DNA of 42,825 nt from a virus, in IMG/VR virus record IMGVR_UViG_3300045988_031260. One strand, written 5' to 3'. The notes beneath the pieces were generated by a model. The model saw only the letters and a list, made by a program, of their open reading frames with translations. It ran no database searches and was not told the origin of the DNA. Each line of letters starts with the position of its first letter. Positions within the stretch are counted from its first letter, which is position 1. Of the stretch, positions 6,726-15,180 are shown piece by piece. Position numbers and translations under genes: made by a program.

Positions 6726-7428
6726 GCTGCTGCGACCGGATGAGATCGAGTGCCGGGTGCAGCGATGCACAGAAAAAGGCGTGAATTTGCTACTCTACAA
6801 AACAGCACGAACGGATGCTGATCTGCTGGACGAGACAGTAGGCGCAGACAAGTGGGAGAACGACTTTAAGCTGGTCGACGGCGTGCTCTACGGCGGACTT
6901 GGCGTAGATTACGGTAACGGCCTTGTGTGGAAGTGGGACGCCGGGACGGAGAGCAACACAGAAGCCGAGAAAGGCCGTGCGAGCGATGCTTTCAAGCGCG
7001 CAGGGTTCAAGCACGGCATTGGTCGAGAGCTTTACAGCGCCCCGTTTGTGTGGGTTCCCGCCGCGAACTGCGCCAAACTCAAGCAAGACCGGGGCGGGAG
7101 ATGGACATGCAATGACCGATTTGACGTGGCGTCCATTGAATATGATGCATCGGAGCATATTGTCGCTCTGACGATCACATCCGACGGGAATACGGTCTAC
7201 AGCTTCGGCGGTCGCGCAAAATCCGGACAAGCTACATCTGGGCGGAGCAAGCCGCAGGAGGAACCCGTTATCTGCGACGGCTGCAATACGCCGATTCGCC
7301 CCGCGAAAAAATCCGACGGAAGCGTTTGGAGCGTGAAAGATCTGCGCGAATACTCCAATCGGATGTACGGGCAGACGCTCTGTGCCAAATGCATTAACTC
7401 CATGCAGAGAGCTGAAGCCGCAGGATGA
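6712..7428 (+). CDS. Rad52/Sak-type single-strand annealing protein with C-terminal zinc ribbon
   Basis: EAEKGRASDAFKRAGFKHGIGRELYS motif typical of Rad52-like SSAPs. GTG 6712 lies 8 nt after GAGGAGG; the ORF track offers ATG 6685. Confidence 0.75.
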   Translation: MKRFRLLRPDEIECRVQRCTEKGVNLLLYKTARTDADLLDETVGADKWENDFKLVDGVLYGGLGVDYGNGLVWKWDAGTESNTEAEKGRASDAFKRAGFKHGIGRELYSAPFVWVPAANCAKLKQDRGGRWTCNDRFDVASIEYDASEHIVALTITSDGNTVYSFGGRAKSGQATSGRSKPQEEPVICDGCNTPIRPAKKSDGSVWSVKDLREYSNRMYGQTLCAKCINSMQRAEAAG

Positions 7429-7991
7429 TCCAGGTGGCTATCAAAAAGGGCGGCGCACGGTGGTACCAAGATCGCGAGGGGGCGTGGCTGTGCCTGCGGG
7501 TGCAGTCCCCCGCATCCGCCATGTCCGTGTGCGACGAAGTGAATCCGGACAAAGAGTATACCTTGCAGCTCAAGGGCAAGGGCAGAAGCCTTGATGCGAA
7601 CCGCTACATGTGGGAGCTTATCAACCAGCTATCTGCGAAAGTGCGCGTCCCACCAAATGAACTGTACCGGGAGTACATCAAGGATGTCGGAGGAAACTGT
7701 GAGATTGTCCCCGTCCGGGAAGATCGGATTGCCGCGTGGGATCGAGTGTGGTGCGCCGGGCATATTGGCAGGCTTACAGAGGATATGGGGCCGTGTCGGA
7801 ATATTCCCCGATACCACAACGTCAAATCCTATATATCCTCCAGCGACTACGATGTCGCGCAGATGTCTCGCTTGATCGACCTTGTTGTATTTGATTGCAA
7901 GGCCCAGGGTATCGAGACGATGACCCCGTGGCAGTTGGATGCGCTGAAATCCAGATGGGGCGCGGCACAGCCGATGGGAGGTGGCGCATGA
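7425..7991 (+). CDS. ninB: NinB/Orf-like recombination mediator
   Basis: RSLDANRYMWELINQLS and C-terminal QLDALKSRWG parallel lambda Orf (RSLDQNRKLWACLGDVS ... EWKARWG). Confidence 0.65.
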   Translation: MIQVAIKKGGARWYQDREGAWLCLRVQSPASAMSVCDEVNPDKEYTLQLKGKGRSLDANRYMWELINQLSAKVRVPPNELYREYIKDVGGNCEIVPVREDRIAAWDRVWCAGHIGRLTEDMGPCRNIPRYHNVKSYISSSDYDVAQMSRLIDLVVFDCKAQGIETMTPWQLDALKSRWGAAQPMGGGA

Positions 7992-8227
7992 GCAGATCTT
8001 ACGCATATACGCGCCCACCGACGCAGCCATGCTGGCACTGTCGCAATTATGCGGGCGGGTGCAGTTGGACGCGAAAAGAAAACAAGCCAGTTGACGGCTG
8101 GCGGGCTGTGCCGACGCGTAAATCTGTGGATAGCGGCAAGATTATGCATAGTTTTGAAATCCAATACTGCCCGGAATTCGTATCTGACGGAACGGAGGGA
8201 TATGGTGCAAAAACCGGAGAACTGTAG
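7988..8227 (+). CDS. Small Cys-containing hypothetical protein
   Basis: ATGA overlap, GGAGGTGG RBS. Confidence 0.6.
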   Translation: MSRSYAYTRPPTQPCWHCRNYAGGCSWTRKENKPVDGWRAVPTRKSVDSGKIMHSFEIQYCPEFVSDGTEGYGAKTGEL

Positions 8228-8528
8228 ATGTTTCCTGTGTGGGCGGAACGGGTCGGAGGATCCTTTGGACGGGCATCACGTATTTGGCGGATCATACCGC
8301 CGCAAAAGTGAAAAATACGGACTTGTGGTGTACCTGTGCCACAATAGATGCCACATCTTCGGCCCATCGTCCGTGCACCGCAGCGGCGCACAGATGCGCC
8401 GATTGCGGAGATACGGGCAGCTCAAATGCATGAGGGAGCAGGGATGGAGTGAAGAGCGCTTTATCCGGGAATTCGGGAAATCTTATTTAGGAGGTAACAA
8501 TGGAGAAGATCCTCTATACGAGAACTGA
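8202..8528 (+). CDS. HNH/His-Me-finger-like zinc protein (putative nuclease)
   Basis: CFLCG...LDGHHVFGG..RRKSEKYGLVVYLCHNRCH pattern. GGAGGGAT RBS. Confidence 0.5.
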   Translation: MVQKPENCRCFLCGRNGSEDPLDGHHVFGGSYRRKSEKYGLVVYLCHNRCHIFGPSSVHRSGAQMRRLRRYGQLKCMREQGWSEERFIREFGKSYLGGNNGEDPLYEN

Positions 8529-8685
8529 TGCGGCAAAGATGCTGAGCATCAGCCTCGATACGCTGGATGATTTGCGGCGGGATGGCCTGCTGCAGGGGTA
8601 TCAGATCGCCAAAGGGAACCCGCGAGTATACTTTAAAGCCGTGGAGCTGGCGCAGTTCGCGGAGCGGCTGGAGGTGGCAGAATGA
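8500..8685 (+). CDS. Small HTH DNA-binding protein (MerR/excisionase-type)
   Basis: YTRTDAAKMLSISLDTLDDLRRDGLL. Confidence 0.65.
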   Translation: MEKILYTRTDAAKMLSISLDTLDDLRRDGLLQGYQIAKGNPRVYFKAVELAQFAERLEVAE

Positions 8686-9092
8686 GCCTGAATCGTATTA
8701 CCATCATGGGCCGACTCACAAGAGATCCCGAGCTGCGCAGGACGCAGAGCGGGGCGCCCGTTACAAGCTTCACGATGGCCGTCGATCGAGACTTTAAGTC
8801 CCAGTCCGGCGACAAGGAGACGGATTTTATCGACGTGGTCGCGTGGCGTCAGACCGCTGAGTTTGTCGCCCGCTACTTCACGAAGGGCCGCATGGCCGTC
8901 GTGGAGGGCCGCCTGCAGATTCGCGACTGGCAGGACAACAACGGCAACAAGCGCCGCAGCGCGGAGGTTATCGCCGACAGCATCTATTTCGGCGACAGCA
9001 AGCCGCAGGACGCGCAGCCCGCAGTGCACGCCGTAAACGTGGATGCATCCGACTTCGATGAGATTGAAGATGATCCGGATTTCCCGTTCTGA
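8682..9092 (+). CDS. ssb: Single-stranded DNA-binding protein
   Basis: OB-fold consensus NRITIMGRLTRDPELR...FIDVVAWRQTAEF...GRLQIRDW and acidic tail DDPDFPF. Confidence 0.93.
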   Translation: MSLNRITIMGRLTRDPELRRTQSGAPVTSFTMAVDRDFKSQSGDKETDFIDVVAWRQTAEFVARYFTKGRMAVVEGRLQIRDWQDNNGNKRRSAEVIADSIYFGDSKPQDAQPAVHAVNVDASDFDEIEDDPDFPF

Positions 9093-9102
9093 GGTGTAAC
9101 GC

Positions 9103-9756
9103 ATGGCAGAGAGCAAGGAGTATGTCAAGCTCTGGATGAGCTACGACGACTATTTTTGCGAGTATGACGACGCGGCGGTGGGGGCGATTGTCCGGGCGAT
9201 GATCGCTTACCGCCGCGACGGTACAGCCCCGAGCTTCACGGGGCCGGAGAAGTTTATTTGGCCGGCGATTCGTCGAGACATCGACGAATCCATCCGTGCG
9301 CAGACGGAGTTATCTGCGCGCCGCCGCGAAAGCGGCCAGAAGGGCGGCACAGTCGCCGCAAGCAAAGGCAAGCAAAACCAAGCAAACGAAGCAAATGCTA
9401 CTTTTGCTAAGCAAAACGAGCAAGTGCTTGATGTCGACAGCAAATCAAGCTATGGACAAGGACAAGGACAAGGACAAGGTCAAGGACAAGGTCAGGGTGA
9501 TAAGGCGCGCGCGAAGCGCTTCACACCGCCCACGCTCGCAGAGGTTCAGTCCTATGTGGCCGAACGCCATTCGCCGGTAGATCCGCAGGAGTTCATCGAC
9601 TTCTACGCCTCGAAGGGCTGGATGGTCGGCAAGACCCCCATGAAAGACTGGAAAGCGGCTTGCAGGAATGCGGAGAAGTGGGACAGGTGGAGCCAGAAGG
9701 TCACGCAGTGCGGAGAAGCGACGCAAGAGGATCTTGACAAGTACATGAGGTGGTGA
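9103..9756 (+). CDS. Replisome-organizer-like two-domain protein with a low-complexity linker
   Basis: N-terminal domain, then a KQNQANEAN/(GQ)7 linker, then a C-terminal FTPPTLAEVQSYV...FIDFYASKGWMVG module. Confidence 0.6.
   Translation: MAESKEYVKLWMSYDDYFCEYDDAAVGAIVRAMIAYRRDGTAPSFTGPEKFIWPAIRRDIDESIRAQTELSARRRESGQKGGTVAASKGKQNQANEANATFAKQNEQVLDVDSKSSYGQGQGQGQGQGQGQGDKARAKRFTPPTLAEVQSYVAERHSPVDPQEFIDFYASKGWMVGKTPMKDWKAACRNAEKWDRWSQKVTQCGEATQEDLDKYMRW
9360..9415 (+). repeat. AAGCAAA iterons phased at ~10 bp; candidate origin
   Basis: AAGCAAA starts at 9360, 9370, 9380, 9389 and 9409, inside the linker-coding part of 9103-9756. Confidence 0.4.
9454..9498 (+). repeat. Hexanucleotide microsatellite (GGACAA/GGTCAA) x7.5 encoding (GQ)7
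   Basis: Read directly. Confidence 0.9.
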
Positions 9757-9758
9757 AT

Positions 9759-10154
9759 ATGGCGATTCAGATCACGATTCCGATCACACCAGTGACAAAG
9801 AAAAACCACCAGCAGATCATGCGATCCAGCAAAACCGGGAAACCGTTTGTCATGCCGTCTGCGGAGTATCGGCAGTACGAAGCACAGGCCGTCTGGCATT
9901 GCAAGCGCGCTGCGATCTCCGCCGGAGTACACAAGCCGATCGACACACCGTGCGAGGTTCGGTGTCTGTTCTACATGCCGTCCCGACGTCGCGTAGATCT
10001 GACAAATCTGCTGGAATCCGTGGACGATGCGCTCGTTGCCGCAGGTGTGCTGGCTGACGATAACAGCCAGATCATCGTATCGCACGACGGGAGCCGCGTG
10101 CTATACGACAAGGACAATCCCCGCACGGAGGTGAGCATAACCGCCTATGAATGA
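9759..10154 (+). CDS. rusA: RusA-family Holliday junction resolvase
   Basis: VDLTNLLESVDDALVAAGVLADDNSQI...DGSRV..D..NPRTEV. ATG 9759 follows GAGGTGG. Confidence 0.85.
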   Translation: MAIQITIPITPVTKKNHQQIMRSSKTGKPFVMPSAEYRQYEAQAVWHCKRAAISAGVHKPIDTPCEVRCLFYMPSRRRVDLTNLLESVDDALVAAGVLADDNSQIIVSHDGSRVLYDKDNPRTEVSITAYE

Positions 10155-10704
10155 TTTTGACTATGACATCGTGCAGAAAAAGCGTGTTGCAAGAGGGGCG
10201 TTTGCCCATGTGAACCGTAAGCGCGGGAAATGCAGATTGCCCAGTGATTACCTCACTGCAGCACAGAGGAAGGAGATGAACGAACCGGTGAAAACTTACA
10301 ACATTACGCGGCCTATGCCGTTGGAGGAATTCAAGGTGGTTCCGGACGATCTAAAGCGAGAATACCTGCGGAATATGCAGAGCTACGGAGCGGCGGCTAC
10401 ATACCTTGCAGACGAGATGGGCTGTTGCGGCGCAACCATCCGAGAATATGGAGAAAAGCTGGGAGTGCCGTTTGTGCGATGTGGTCGGAACTTTGATTTG
10501 TGGCAAAAGAAATTATCGGAGTGGCACACAGCCGAAGTGCCGGCAGAAGAAACGCCGGATAAGCAGACAGACGAAATTGAACCACCCGCAAGGGGTGCAG
10601 AGCTGCTACACGCACGGCTGACCATTCGGGGAGACCGGGAAAGTGCTTTGCAAAATCTGCGGCTGCTTATGCCGGAGGAATGCGAAATCACGGTTGAGTG
10701 GTGA
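10147..10704 (+). CDS. Hypothetical protein (185 aa)
   Basis: Coding texture and overlapping start. HTH-like TYLADEMGCCGATIREYGEKLG. Confidence 0.65.
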   Translation: MNDFDYDIVQKKRVARGAFAHVNRKRGKCRLPSDYLTAAQRKEMNEPVKTYNITRPMPLEEFKVVPDDLKREYLRNMQSYGAAATYLADEMGCCGATIREYGEKLGVPFVRCGRNFDLWQKKLSEWHTAEVPAEETPDKQTDEIEPPARGAELLHARLTIRGDRESALQNLRLLMPEECEITVEW

Positions 10705-10718
10705 GAAGCGAGGGCGGA

Positions 10719-10910
10719 ATGATGCTGACTGACGACCGCGCGTTTATGGGCGCAATGGCTGACGCGATCGGCGAAAAGCCGACGCGGGAGGGGCTTATTG
10801 CGATGCTGCGCGAATACGCGGAGTGGGCCGAGGCAAATATCTATGAGGTTCCGATTATGCTGCCGGATGACTTGCGGGCGGCGGCGGACATGTTGGAGAA
10901 GGGGGAATAA
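10719..10910 (+). CDS. Small hypothetical protein, module A copy (paralog of 15167-15358)
   Basis: About 95% identical at protein level to the 15167-15358 product. Confidence 0.7.
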   Translation: MMLTDDRAFMGAMADAIGEKPTREGLIAMLREYAEWAEANIYEVPIMLPDDLRAAADMLEKGE

Positions 10911-10912
10911 AC

Positions 10913-11278
10913 ATGGATGCGGTGAAGTTTTTGAGCGAAGCGAAGCGGATGTGCAGCAATGCAGGGCCTTGCAGCACATGCGATGCGAAACAATTTTGCG
11001 GCTTTATGGTGGACTTCCCGAGAGATTTCGGGGAAATCGATCAAATGCAGAAGATGGTAAAGATCGTTGAGAAGTGGGCGGAAGAGCATCCGAGCAAGAC
11101 GCGGCAGAGCGAGTTTTTGGCGCGGTGGCCCGCGGCAAAGATTGACAAACGCGGCGTGTTGGCTATTTTGCCGTGCCAAATGAATCCGATCCAGTACAGA
11201 ACGCCGGAAGGTACATGCGCAACGGGAATGATGTGCATGGACTGCCGTAAGAAGTTCTGGGGGCAGGAGGTGGAGTGA
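10913..11278 (+). CDS. Cys-rich hypothetical protein, module A copy (paralog of 15361-15720)
   Basis: N-terminal ~60 aa nearly identical to the paralog; the C-terminus diverges. Confidence 0.7.
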   Translation: MDAVKFLSEAKRMCSNAGPCSTCDAKQFCGFMVDFPRDFGEIDQMQKMVKIVEKWAEEHPSKTRQSEFLARWPAAKIDKRGVLAILPCQMNPIQYRTPEGTCATGMMCMDCRKKFWGQEVE

Positions 11279-11568
11279 TGGATCGGCAGGAGGTTTATCG
11301 GCAGGCGCGGGACGTGTTCGGCGCGCAGGCGCAGTTTGTGGTGGCGCTGGAGGAACTGAGCGAAACACAGAAGGAGATCTGCAAGTTCTTGCGCGGGAAG
11401 GGCGACCCGGAGCATCTCGCCGAGGAGATTGCTGACGTGCAGATCATGATTGAACAGGTAAAGATGCTCTGCGCGATCGACGAGAGCGCTGTGCAGGAGC
11501 AGATGGACAGCAAGATCGAGAGACTGCGTGAGCGGATTAAGGAGGCTCGGAATGGCGAGATGGGTTAA
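11278..11568 (+). CDS. MazG-like nucleotide pyrophosphohydrolase (small all-helical type)
   Basis: ALEELSETQKEICK...LAEEIADVQIMIEQV matches the EExxE...EExxD pattern. The ORF track starts at GTG 11275. Confidence 0.55.
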   Translation: MDRQEVYRQARDVFGAQAQFVVALEELSETQKEICKFLRGKGDPEHLAEEIADVQIMIEQVKMLCAIDESAVQEQMDSKIERLRERIKEARNGEMG

Positions 11569-11788
11569 GTGCAAAAACAGACTGCCGGAATTTCACGAAG
11601 ATGTTCTGATGCTGTTTGACAACGGGAACGAAATGAACATGGCGGTTGGTTTCTTGTGTGATATGGACGAGAATATCACATTATGGTGCGCATATTCCGA
11701 TTGCGGATGGTATGCAGATTGCGATGAATCGCCGTTGTATTGGATGCCGTTGCCAAAGCCGCCAAAGGGGGTGTCCGACAATGGCTGA
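11552..11788 (+). CDS. DUF551-like phage protein (paralog 3)
   Basis: WVKCKNRLPE...LYWMPLPKPP. AAGGAGG RBS. Confidence 0.7.
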   Translation: MARWVKCKNRLPEFHEDVLMLFDNGNEMNMAVGFLCDMDENITLWCAYSDCGWYADCDESPLYWMPLPKPPKGVSDNG

Positions 11789-12092
11789 ATACATCAAGAG
11801 AGCGGATGCGATGGAGGCGATCCGCAAGTGGTGCGGGGACTGTGGGAGCGCGATCGAGGCGGTGTTAAGTGTGCCTGCGGCCAGAGGATGGGAGCCGGAC
11901 GGTGCCACGAATCTGCCCGCCGCTGATGTTGCCCAGGTGGTGCATGGTGAATGGTTGCTGCGTCACGAAGGGCGCGGACATTACTGGGAGTGTTCAGTCT
12001 GTCACGAAAACCCGTGTATTTATGTGACAAAACACACGAAATTCTGCCCCAACTGCGGGGCGAAGATGGACGGTGATAGCGATGAAAGTTAA
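11781..12092 (+). CDS. Zinc-ribbon hypothetical protein, module A copy (paralog of 16174-16446)
   Basis: Shared IKRADA.EAIRKWCGDCGS.IEA and FCPNCG..MDGDSDES ends. Confidence 0.7.
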   Translation: MAEYIKRADAMEAIRKWCGDCGSAIEAVLSVPAARGWEPDGATNLPAADVAQVVHGEWLLRHEGRGHYWECSVCHENPCIYVTKHTKFCPNCGAKMDGDSDES

Positions 12093-12219
12093 CGGGAGGC
12101 CGCTGTCCAATAACCCTAAACAGGCTTACATGCCGGACAAGCTGCACGGCGCGCAAGGCACGATGGGTAACGTGGCGATGGTGCCGAAGGACGAGTGCGG
12201 CGTGGTGTTTGGAGGTTGA
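12082..12219 (+). pseudogene. Truncated 45-aa paralog of 16436-16720
   Basis: MKVNGRPLSNNPKQAY...GNVAMV matches the first ~35 aa of the 94-aa paralog, then diverges and stops 3 nt before the MTase ATG. Confidence 0.6.
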
Positions 12220-12222
12220 GAC

Positions 12223-13791
12223 ATGGTTCATTTGGGAGACATCTGCAAGATAAACGGTGCGGAGATTGAGCCGGTGTGGGCGGTGACGGGCGGCAGCCCG
12301 TGTCAGGATCTATCCATCGCTGGGAAACGCGCCGGTTTGGCGGGAGCGCGAAGCGGCCTGTTTATGGAGCAGGTGCGCATCGTAAAAGAAATGAGGGAGG
12401 AGGACAAACGGAATGGACGGACAGGTGACATGGTCCGACCTCGGTTTCTCGTTTGGGAGAACGTTGTCGGGGCATTCAGCAGCAACAGAGGAAAAGACTT
12501 CGCAGCCGTGCTGGAAGAAATTGCGCGTATCGCAGAACCAGGATTTTCTCTATTTGGACTGCCGGAAAAGTGGAAATGGACAAAAGCAGGATCCATTGAC
12601 GGTGATGGGTGGTCTATCGCTTGGCGAACTCACGACGCTAAGGACTGGGGAAAAACCATCCGAGACAGCCGTACAGGAGATGTTATCCGTCTGGGGACCC
12701 CACAGCGTCGCCGAAGAATCTCGGTTGTCGCAGATTTTGGAGGTGAATCCGCTGCCCAAATACAATTTGAGTGCGAAAGCGTGTCTGGGCATCTTGCGGA
12801 GAGCGGAACGGCGGGGGAAGGATTTGCCGAAGCTACTGAAAGCGGTTTTAATCCGGCAGTCAGGGACTGCATGACGGCTTGGGATTGCCAAAGCAAGCGT
12901 ATTTTTAACATAAACGGAAAATCCCACACACTGCAAGGCGGTGTTGGCGGTGGTGTGAACAATCCTGCCATATTTGTGGCTATCCCCATCAACGACAAAG
13001 CCACCAGATGGCAGGGCGGTGGCGAAAGTCGCAACCACGATGGCAGCGGCAATGGTCTTGGAATCGGCAAAGAGGGTGACCCGTCCCCCACGCTGACCGC
13101 TGGTGACCGCCACGGGGTGGTGGCGCTGGACATGACACACGCCTGCGACGTCATCCGCGAGTGCGGAGAGCAGGCACCGACGTTGCAGGCGCGAATGGGA
13201 ACAGGCGGCAATCAAGTGCCGCTGACATACGGTATCGGCAACGGCCAAGCCAACGAAGCCAGCATTATGGCGGAGGAAGTCAGCCAAACGTTAAACACCA
13301 TGCACGATGCTCAAGCGGTTATGTGTAGTTCCGTAGACTTCCGCAATTTCCGAGAGGGCGGAGAGGTAAACGGTACGCTGCAAGCAAAAGAAAGCGGCGG
13401 GCAAAGCCTGAACTTGAATAATACAGTCCGGCAGAACATGGTCGTGCGCCGCCTGACGCCGATGGAGTGCGAGCGGCTGCAAGGATTCCCCGATCACTGG
13501 ACGGATATCGGCGAGTGGACGGACGAAAAGGGAAAGAAGCACAAGGACGCGGACAGCCCACGGTACAAGGCACTGGGCAACTCCGTTGCCATGCCCTTCT
13601 GGGACTGGATGCTGCGGCGCATGGCGCGGTATCTGCCGGAGGGCGCAACGCTGGGGAGCTTGTTCGATGGCATCGCAGGTTTCCCACTGATCTGGGAGCG
13701 CATACACGGCAAAGGCACGGCGCGGTGGGCAAGCGAGATCGAGCCGTTTCCCATCGCCGTGACAAAGAAACATTTTCCGGAGGAGGAATGA
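12223..13791 (+). CDS. DNA (cytosine-5) methyltransferase with circularly permuted motif order
   Basis: GGSPCQDLS (motif IV), FLVWENV (VI), QRRRR (VIII), RRLTPMECERLQGFP (IX) and GNSVAMPF (X). These are followed at the C-terminus by LGSLFDGIAGF (motif I) and WASEIEPF (motif II). Confidence 0.85.
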   Translation: MVHLGDICKINGAEIEPVWAVTGGSPCQDLSIAGKRAGLAGARSGLFMEQVRIVKEMREEDKRNGRTGDMVRPRFLVWENVVGAFSSNRGKDFAAVLEEIARIAEPGFSLFGLPEKWKWTKAGSIDGDGWSIAWRTHDAKDWGKTIRDSRTGDVIRLGTPQRRRRISVVADFGGESAAQIQFECESVSGHLAESGTAGEGFAEATESGFNPAVRDCMTAWDCQSKRIFNINGKSHTLQGGVGGGVNNPAIFVAIPINDKATRWQGGGESRNHDGSGNGLGIGKEGDPSPTLTAGDRHGVVALDMTHACDVIRECGEQAPTLQARMGTGGNQVPLTYGIGNGQANEASIMAEEVSQTLNTMHDAQAVMCSSVDFRNFREGGEVNGTLQAKESGGQSLNLNNTVRQNMVVRRLTPMECERLQGFPDHWTDIGEWTDEKGKKHKDADSPRYKALGNSVAMPFWDWMLRRMARYLPEGATLGSLFDGIAGFPLIWERIHGKGTARWASEIEPFPIAVTKKHFPEEE

Positions 13792-13792
13792 C

Positions 13793-14240
13793 ATGGTGAA
13801 CGACGCTTTGTTTTCCAGCGATAAGAATTTCTGGGAAACGCCGCAAAAGCTGTTTGACGAACTGGACGCGGAGTTCCACTTCACGCTGGACGCTGCCGCC
13901 AGCGATGAAAACCACAAGTGTGCGCGGTATTTCACGCAAAGCGATGATGGTTTGCGGCAAAATTGGGGGGGGCGAAACGGTGTTTTGTAACCCGCCATAC
14001 GGGAGCAAAGAAACCGGATTGTGGACAGAAAAGTGCTGCCTGGAGGGACAGAAGCCGGGGACAACGGTTGTGCTGCTGATTCCGGCGCGGACAGACAGAG
14101 CCAGCTTTCACGACTATATTCCGGGCAAGGCGGAGATCCGCTTCCTGCGTGGTAGACTGAAATTCGAGCTGGGCGGAAAGCCGATGGGAACGGCACCGTT
14201 TCCCAGCATGGTTGCCATTTGGCGAGGAGGAATGACATGA
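13793..14240 (+). pseudogene. Phage Dam-type N6-adenine methyltransferase interrupted by a +1 frameshift in a G8 run
   Basis: N-terminal part FWETPQKLFDELDAEFHFTLDAAAS...NW runs in frame 13793-13990. NPPYG and LLIPARTD...FLRGRLKF continue in the next frame to 14240. G7 instead of G8 at 13965-13972 restores one ORF. Confidence 0.8.
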
Positions 14241-14277
14241 CAAGAGACGAGATCGTGGCGGTGTGAAGGGAGTAAAA

Positions 14278-15180
14278 ATGGATAAAGAACAGCAGGCAAT
14301 CAACCTTTTGCAGCTCGGCAGCCGAATGAGCCTGCACTACTACAAGCAGCCACTGCTTATCTGCAATTCCGGGGGCAAAGACAGCCTTGTGCTGCTGGAG
14401 CTTGCAAGGCGCGCGGGAATCCCTTACGAGGTGCAGCACTCGCACACGACGGCAGATGCGCCGGAAACCGTGCAGTATGTGCGCCAGCAGATGCACGAGT
14501 TGGAACTGGCAGGCGTGAAGTGCTATGTAAACATGCCGACGTACAAGGGCGAGCGGACGAGCATGTGGAAGTTGATCAGCGATAAAGGCTTGCCGACAAG
14601 GTTGCGGCGATTTTGCTGCGCGGTGCTCAAAGAGACGCACGGGGCAAACCGAGCTATCGCTACTGGCGTTCGCGCCGACGAGAGTTCGCAGCGAGCTTCT
14701 CGAGGGGAGCTTGAGACGCGCGGAAAGACCAAGGCGGACAGTTACAGGATCAACGCAGAAAACGCGGCGGAACTGTTTGAGGACGATGTGCGTCGCAGCC
14801 CCATCGAGCACGATGACAAGTTTATTTCTGCGTGCAAAGTGCGGGGCGCCACGATCGTAAACCCGATCATCCACTGGACAAATACCGACGTGTGGGAGTT
14901 TATCCGGGGCGAGAACCTTGCTTATAACCCCTGCTACGACATGGGATTTAACCGAGTGGGGTGCGTAGGCTGCCCGATGGGCGGCGCGTCCAGATCCCGT
15001 GAGTTCGCGCGTTGGCCAAAATATCAGGATGCGTATATGCGGGCGCTGCAGCACTATCTTGATAAGCACCCAAAGCAGGCCGCAAAGGGAGATATCATGT
15101 CATGGTGGCACTGGTGGATGGAGGATGGCATTATCAGCGGGCAGATGGATCTTTTAGGAGGCGGCGATGGGGCTAACTGA
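14278..15180 (+). CDS. PAPS-reductase / PP-loop ATP-pyrophosphatase family protein
   Basis: SGGKDS PP-loop motif and C-terminal GCVGCP cysteine pair. ATG 14278 follows GAAGGGAG. Confidence 0.8.
   Translation: MDKEQQAINLLQLGSRMSLHYYKQPLLICNSGGKDSLVLLELARRAGIPYEVQHSHTTADAPETVQYVRQQMHELELAGVKCYVNMPTYKGERTSMWKLISDKGLPTRLRRFCCAVLKETHGANRAIATGVRADESSQRASRGELETRGKTKADSYRINAENAAELFEDDVRRSPIEHDDKFISACKVRGATIVNPIIHWTNTDVWEFIRGENLAYNPCYDMGFNRVGCVGCPMGGASRSREFARWPKYQDAYMRALQHYLDKHPKQAAKGDIMSWWHWWMEDGIISGQMDLLGGGDGAN

Noticed and set aside
13291-15069. A 592-aa minus-strand ORF. Similar long antisense ORFs lie at 24529-25668, 26602-27561, 29232-30149, 33888-35393, 36491-37768 and 41752-42507.
   Set aside because: They lie antisense to genes with clear family motifs (MTases, portal, capsid, tail genes). 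They have Arg/Pro/His-rich, low-complexity translations and no RBS, so they are typical shadow ORFs of GC-rich coding DNA.
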